In this document: piece after piece, positions 59,126 through 64,000 of the stretch
Layout: the number at the start of each line of letters is the position of its first letter
How positions within the stretch are numbered: the first letter of the stretch is position 1
Assembly (NCBI GenBank): GCA_965116205.1
Contig: OZ220493.1
Location: 2,613,072-2,677,071, forward strand
Origin: Arenicellales bacterium
GTDB taxonomy: Bacteria; Pseudomonadota; Gammaproteobacteria; Arenicellales; JAJDZL01
Reading direction: 5' to 3'
Length of the DNA stretch: 64,000 nt
Translations under genes and position numbers: made by a program
The notes under the pieces: model-generated
Told to the model about the DNA's origin: nothing
The model's input: the letters and a program-made list of their open reading frames with translations, nothing else
Database searches by the model: none

Positions 59126-61159
59126 GTGGGAGAATTTAGACTCGTAGCGGATTACCAGCCAGCTGGCGACCAACCCGAGGCCATTCGTAAGCTCGTCGAA
59201 GGCGTCGAAAGCGGGAAGTCTTATCAGACTCTGCTGGGTGCCACCGGTACCGGTAAAACGTTCACCATGGCCAATGTCATTCAGGAAACTGGCCGCCCGA
59301 CGCTCGTCATGGCGCATAACAAAACACTGGCGGCGCAACTTTATTCTGAATTGCGAGACTTTTTTCCGGCCAATGCAGTTGAGTACTTTGTCTCGTACTA
59401 TGATTACTATCAGCCTGAGGCGTATGTACCGAGTTCAGACACCTACATTGAAAAAGATGCGTCAATCAACGATCACATTGATCAAATGCGATTATCGGCA
59501 ACCAATGCACTGTTAATGCGCAACGACACCATTATCGTCGCAACTGTCTCTGCTATTTTCGGTTTGGGCAACCCGAATGAATACAACAGAATGATTCTAC
59601 ATCTTCGAGTCGGTGCAACGGTAGACCAGCGTGTTATACTCCGACGATTGGCGGAGCTGCAGTACAACCGTAACGACACGGAACTGAAAAGAGGCACCTT
59701 CCGAGTGAGAGGTGATGTACTTGACATTCACCCGTCGGATTCCGCAAAATCGGCGATACGTGTTGAATTATTCGGCGACGAAATTGAACGTCTTTCGTTA
59801 TTCGACCCGTTGACCGGGGAGTTGTTGGATTCAGTTGTTCGCTACACTATTTTTCCAAAAACACATTATGTGACTGCAGAAGACACGCTAAAGAAAGCAG
59901 TCGACCGAATTGACCTGGAATTACAGAACCGACTGCAGGATTTAACTCAGCAGAACAAATTGGTTGAGGCTCAGCGCCTAGCACAGCGAACCCACTACGA
60001 TATTGAAATGATCAAGGAACTTGGTTACTGTGCCGGTATTGAGAACTATTCATTACACCTGTCAGAACGAGACACCGGAGACGCCCCGGACACTCTGATC
60101 GACTACCTGCCCAAGGGGTCTTTAGTGTTCATTGATGAGAGTCACGTTACAGTACCTCAGTTGCGGGCGATGTATCGTGGCGACCGTTCTCGAAAAGAAA
60201 CTTTAGTGGAGTTCGGTTTCCGCTTGCCTTCGGCAATGGACAACCGTCCGCTACGATTCGATGAATTTGAACAACGCGTGAATCAGATTGTTTTCATGTC
60301 TGCAACGCCCGGTCCTTACGAAGCTGAAAAATCACCAGAATTTGTTGACCAGGTGGTGCGTCCGACCGGCCTAGTTGATCCCATCATTGACATCCGGCCA
60401 GCCGGTACTCAAGTTGATGATCTGCTCTCTGAAATTCAAAAACGGGTGCTAGTCAAAGAACGAGTGCTTGTAACAACATTAACAAAGCGCATGGCGGAAG
60501 ATTTAACAGACTACCTGAGTGAGCATTCGGTTCGAGTTCGGTACCTACATTCCGATATTGACACGGTCGAGCGCGTCGAAATTCTACGCGACTTGCGCGC
60601 CGGCGTTTTTGACGTGCTAGTCGGCATCAATCTACTGCGAGAAGGATTGGACCTTCCTGAGGTTTCATTGGTTGCTGTGCTAGATGCTGACAAGGAAGGA
60701 TTTCTACGTTCCGCGTCATCTTTGATTCAAACGATCGGCCGTGCTGCAAGAAATGTGAATGGCAAAGCAATTCTTTATGCTGATGAGATTACCCGATCGA
60801 TGCGCAAAGCCATTGATGAAACCAACCGCCGGCGGGAAAAACAACTACATCATAATGAAGTACATGGCATTTTGCCGGAAACCATCGAAAAAGAAGTCAA
60901 GGACATGATTGACGGGGTGCAGGCGCGAGGTTTACGGAAGAAACGAAAGACCTCACACGCACAAGATTTCACCTCGGAATCAGATAGTACTCTGATTCAC
61001 GTCAATCTGGACGATCAAATGCAGGTGTCTCGAGAACTGAAAAAACTAGAGCGAAAAATGCAAAAACATGCCGCTAATCTTGAGTTTGAACACGCAGCAC
61101 GGCTACGAGACCAGATTAAAGAACTCAAAGATTTGGTTTTTCTGAGTACGTCTGCATAA
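59126..61159 (+). CDS. uvrB: Excinuclease ABC subunit B
   Basis: [21 protein letters not shown] Walker A, DESH box, and a C-terminal UVR motif ([14 protein letters not shown]). GTG start. Confidence 0.97.
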   Translation: MGEFRLVADYQPAGDQPEAIRKLVEGVESGKSYQTLLGATGTGKTFTMANVIQETGRPTLVMAHNKTLAAQLYSELRDFFPANAVEYFVSYYDYYQPEAYVPSSDTYIEKDASINDHIDQMRLSATNALLMRNDTIIVATVSAIFGLGNPNEYNRMILHLRVGATVDQRVILRRLAELQYNRNDTELKRGTFRVRGDVLDIHPSDSAKSAIRVELFGDEIERLSLFDPLTGELLDSVVRYTIFPKTHYVTAEDTLKKAVDRIDLELQNRLQDLTQQNKLVEAQRLAQRTHYDIEMIKELGYCAGIENYSLHLSERDTGDAPDTLIDYLPKGSLVFIDESHVTVPQLRAMYRGDRSRKETLVEFGFRLPSAMDNRPLRFDEFEQRVNQIVFMSATPGPYEAEKSPEFVDQVVRPTGLVDPIIDIRPAGTQVDDLLSEIQKRVLVKERVLVTTLTKRMAEDLTDYLSEHSVRVRYLHSDIDTVERVEILRDLRAGVFDVLVGINLLREGLDLPEVSLVAVLDADKEGFLRSASSLIQTIGRAARNVNGKAILYADEITRSMRKAIDETNRRREKQLHHNEVHGILPETIEKEVKDMIDGVQARGLRKKRKTSHAQDFTSESDSTLIHVNLDDQMQVSRELKKLERKMQKHAANLEFEHAARLRDQIKELKDLVFLSTSA

Positions 61160-61304
61160 GTTGAACCAATTTTCACCGCTGCAAAATTTAAATTGAACAG
61201 ACCTCCCAATAGATTGCATGCGAGAAAAATGTAGCGATTTATGTTATATTTTCACTCTGGAATTTGGCTGGTATCGAATTCATTGACCAATGAATCTGAC
61301 AGAA

Positions 61305-61379
61305 GGGCGCATAGCTCAGGGGGAGAGCACTTGCTTGACATGCAAGAGGTCCCTGGTTCAATCCCAGGTGCGCCCACCA
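61305..61379 (+). tRNA. tRNA-Val (anticodon GAC)
   Basis: Acceptor GGGCGCA/TGCGCCC, anticodon stem CTTGC/GCAAG with loop TTGACAT, T-loop TTCAATC, encoded CCA. 75 nt. Confidence 0.93.
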
Positions 61380-61662
61380 TTCTCAGTTGGTTGAGCCAAT
61401 AAATGAAATTTAGTTCGTTTGAGTGAATGAAAAGACCACGTGTACGAAGCAATTGATGGTGCTTGATTGAGTTGAATCGCTGAGTTCATGATTGGAATGA
61501 ATCAGAATGAACGAGGAAGAACGAGAAGCATGGCTTCGAAAAAAGAAACGGCAGGATATGATTTTGGGGGTTGTGGGTTGGATTTGGATAGGATTCTGCA
61601 TTTGGGTGTTTTTTTCAAATAATGAAATGAACTCAATGCCCTGAAATCTACACTAAACTCAA

Positions 61663-61786
61663 GGCTCTATTCCAAAATCGTGCGCGTGTACATAAAATCA
61701 GATACTTGGAAATCAGTAAATATCACTTTATTTCAAAGCTATACAGCTGTTGATGTTCTCTGCGCATACAATTGTAGAATAGAGCC
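61663..61786. mobile_element. 124-bp MITE derived from the IS1595-family element, flanked by the 8-bp duplication AAACTCAA
   Basis: The ends are GGCTCTATTCCAAAATCGTGCGCG and the reverse complement of CTGCGCATACAATTGTAGAATAGAGCC, which is near-identical to the IS end. The subterminal ATCAGATACTT is shared with the other IS end. Duplications lie at 61655-61662 and 61787-61794. Confidence 0.85.
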
Positions 61787-62420
61787 AAACTCAAAGTCTA
61801 AAATAGATCATTTTCAGTACAAATCGCCAATATAAGAAGTCGTGGCACGAGTTGGTTATCGATCTGTGTTCACCTCAGCTGTGCCTCTGGCAGTTGGCCA
61901 TGAAACTCGGTGCCTTATCTACACAGGTTGCGAAATTCGATTTGAAAACGTAACCGATCAATTTCAACTTTCCCAGACGAGTATTTGCCATAGAGCACTG
62001 GCGATTTAGACCTGAAAATGTCACAAAGTCAGACATTTTTTCTACTGTAGCCATAAATTCCGTCAAGAACGGCCATCATACAATAACACTACGGATCATT
62101 AATCTGACATGGGATATGTTTAATTGATTTTAAGTTCTACTCCAATCAACCGGAAAATGTTGTTTTACGAAGAGTCAATCTTTAGCAACACTTGGCATGA
62201 TGAAGGCAGTGTAACGGTAATGTCAGTATGACTCATCAATGCAATACCAAAACAAAACGTTCGAATCCGGTGGAATGTGAGCAAAATAGCTGACATACTA
62301 CCATTGATTGGCGTTGACTCGACTGTATCACACCATATAATTAGACATCTTCTTTTGGTTCGTCGACAAGGTTGACCGGCGGCCAGTACCAATCCACATT
62401 GAGTATTTTCGACGATTGTT

Positions 62421-64000
62421 ATGCTGACTGTTTCATTGCCAGACGGTTCAACAAAAGAGTATGCCGCCAGCGTGACCATTGACGCGGTTGCTGCAGACAT
62501 CGGTACAGGTCTAAGTAAAGCAGCTGTCGCCGGGCAGTTCAATGGACAGTTGCGCGATACTTCTCATTCCATTGATGAATCGGGCAGTCTACGTATCATC
62601 ACAGGAAAAGATGATGCCGGTCTGGAAGTCATCCGCCACTCGTGCGCGCATTTATTGGCACAGGCAGTGAAACGATTATTTCCAAGCGCGCAGGTAACCA
62701 TCGGTCCGGTGATCGAAGACGGCTTCTATTACGATTTTGCCTATCCACCCGGGTTTACCGAGAGCGACCTGGCGCGTATCGAAGAATGCATGCGAGTTAT
62801 AGTTGCTGAAAATCTGGCGGTGACCCGAGAAATAGTGAGTCGAGATGAAGCCATCTCACTGTTTCGTGGCATGGGTGAACAATACAAAGCTCAAATTATC
62901 GAACAGCTAGACTCCAATGAAACGCTCTCTCTTTACCGACAGGGTGAATTTGTCGATCTTTGCCGGGGTCCGCATGTTCCCAATACCGGATTTCTCAAAG
63001 CCTTTAAATTGACCAAGCTGGCTGGTGCATACTGGCGCGGCGATTCAGACAACGAAATGCTCCAACGTATTTATGGCACCGCCTGGGCAAATCAAGCTCA
63101 ACTGCAGGAGCATCTTGACCACTTGGAGCAGGCGAAGGCGCGTGACCACCGACGCTTGGGCGCTGAGTTAGATCTTTTTCATTTTCAGGAAGAGGCACCG
63201 GGCATGGTGTTCTGGCACGAAAAAGGGTGGATTCTGTACCGCTTGGTTGAATCTTATATTCGTCAACTACTTAGGGAATATGACTACCTTGAAGTCCATA
63301 CACCACAACTGATCGATCGATCTTTGTGGGAAAAGTCAGGACATTGGGAAACTTTTAAAGAAAATATGTTCACCACTGAAATCGAACAGCGCGCTTATGC
63401 TCTCAAACCCATGAACTGTCCTGGTCATGTCCAGGTCTTCAATCAAGGTCTGCGAAGCTATCGAAATCTACCACTGAGAATAGCTGAATTTGGCATCGTA
63501 CATCGTTACGAACCATCCGGCACCTTACATGGATTGATGCGAGTTAGACGATTCACCCAAGATGATGCGCATGTCTTTTGTACGGAGGAACAGATCAAGC
63601 CCGAAGTGGACACCTTAATCGAAATCGCCATGCGTCTTTACAATCATTTCGGATTTAAAGAGATAGAAGTTGGACTGTCGACTCGCCCGGCAAAGCGGGT
63701 CGGCGCGGATGCGTTGTGGGACAAAGCAGAGTGTGCCCTCGAGATGGTGCTCCAGGAACGCCAGATGAAGTTTCAGACCTACGCTGGTGACGGTGCGTTT
63801 TACGGCCCGAAAATTGATTTCGTGCTGAAAGACTGCCTTGGTCGGAAATGGCAGTGTGGCACCATTCAACTGGATTTTTCCATGCCCGGTCGATTGGATG
63901 CCAAATATGTGGATGCCGACGGCACCAAAAAGCCCCCGGTAATGATTCACCGGGCGATACTGGGTTCTTTGGAAAGATTCATCGGCATACTCATTGAGGA
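62421..64000 (+). CDS. thrS: Threonine--tRNA ligase, N-terminal ~526 codons; continues beyond the window
   Basis: [14 protein letters not shown]..., [64 protein letters not shown]. Absent from the ORF track because no stop occurs in the window. Confidence 0.96.
   Translation, partial: MLTVSLPDGSTKEYAASVTIDAVAADIGTGLSKAAVAGQFNGQLRDTSHSIDESGSLRIITGKDDAGLEVIRHSCAHLLAQAVKRLFPSAQVTIGPVIEDGFYYDFAYPPGFTESDLARIEECMRVIVAENLAVTREIVSRDEAISLFRGMGEQYKAQIIEQLDSNETLSLYRQGEFVDLCRGPHVPNTGFLKAFKLTKLAGAYWRGDSDNEMLQRIYGTAWANQAQLQEHLDHLEQAKARDHRRLGAELDLFHFQEEAPGMVFWHEKGWILYRLVESYIRQLLREYDYLEVHTPQLIDRSLWEKSGHWETFKENMFTTEIEQRAYALKPMNCPGHVQVFNQGLRSYRNLPLRIAEFGIVHRYEPSGTLHGLMRVRRFTQDDAHVFCTEEQIKPEVDTLIEIAMRLYNHFGFKEIEVGLSTRPAKRVGADALWDKAECALEMVLQERQMKFQTYAGDGAFYGPKIDFVLKDCLGRKWQCGTIQLDFSMPGRLDAKYVDADGTKKPPVMIHRAILGSLERFIGILIE

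Noticed and set aside
58831-59139. 102-aa plus-strand ORF upstream of uvrB, and a look for a LexA box there
   Set aside because: It has a TTG start, no ribosome-binding site, a low-complexity translation, and runs into the uvrB start. The nearest CTGT-N8 candidate (CTGTCGAATATATTGT) lacks the ACAG half-site.
61495-61524. Three imperfect 10-bp tandem units (GAATGAATCA GAATGAACGA GGAAGAACGA) downstream of tRNA-Val
   Set aside because: Short and degenerate, with no spacers or a second array, so it is not CRISPR-like. Probably a purine-rich, low-complexity sequence.
62165-62542. 125-aa minus-strand ORF upstream of and overlapping the thrS start
   Set aside because: It overlaps the unmistakable thrS N-terminus on the other strand. 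No motifs recognised.

Overview
Chromosomal window from a fairly low-GC (by eye), Gammaproteobacteria-type genome. The backbone is conserved housekeeping synteny in a Pseudomonas-like order: dxr(3' end)-rseP-bamA-skp-lpxD-fabZ-lpxA-lpxB-rnhB-dnaE-accA-tilS-pyrG-kdsA-eno-ftsB, then ygfZ, a DUF1674-sdhCDAB-sdhE-maeA operon, nadB divergent from rpoE-rseA-rseB, lepB-rnc-era // recO, yggX, an ErpA-like gene plus an ATP-grasp gene, tRNA-Asn, a minus-strand betaine/methylamine uptake and demethylation cluster, an aminotransferase, uvrB, tRNA-Val and the 5' part of thrS. Three accessory insertions interrupt normally adjacent gene pairs. (1) 20335-25286 is a 4,952-bp composite transposon: two direct IS1595-family copies bracket a GC-rich subtilase (S8) lipoprotein with a C-terminal outer-membrane barrel, and an exact 8-bp target-site duplication lies outside the two IS copies. 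(2) About 38.03-42.0 kb, between era and recO, holds an 889-aa autotransporter whose start codon directly follows a G14 tract, plus a decayed HTH-transposase remnant. (3) About 54.1-59.1 kb, between the aminotransferase and uvrB, is a mosaic of a frameshifted GC-rich IS3-family element, a signal-peptide-less trypsin-like protease, a GC-rich DUF4338-like pseudogene fragment and an AlbA_2/HATPase_c_4 protein with an unusual C-terminus. A 124-bp MITE derived from the same IS1595-family element, with its own 8-bp duplication, sits downstream of tRNA-Val. The most interesting signals are the two surface-protein genes with homopolymeric tracts (C9 inside the S8 gene, G14 at a TGATG stop-start junction of the autotransporter), the fossil composite transposon, and the uncharacterised protease/AlbA_2 island. 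No CRISPR array, rRNA gene or prophage was seen. All family assignments come from motif recognition by eye, not from searches.
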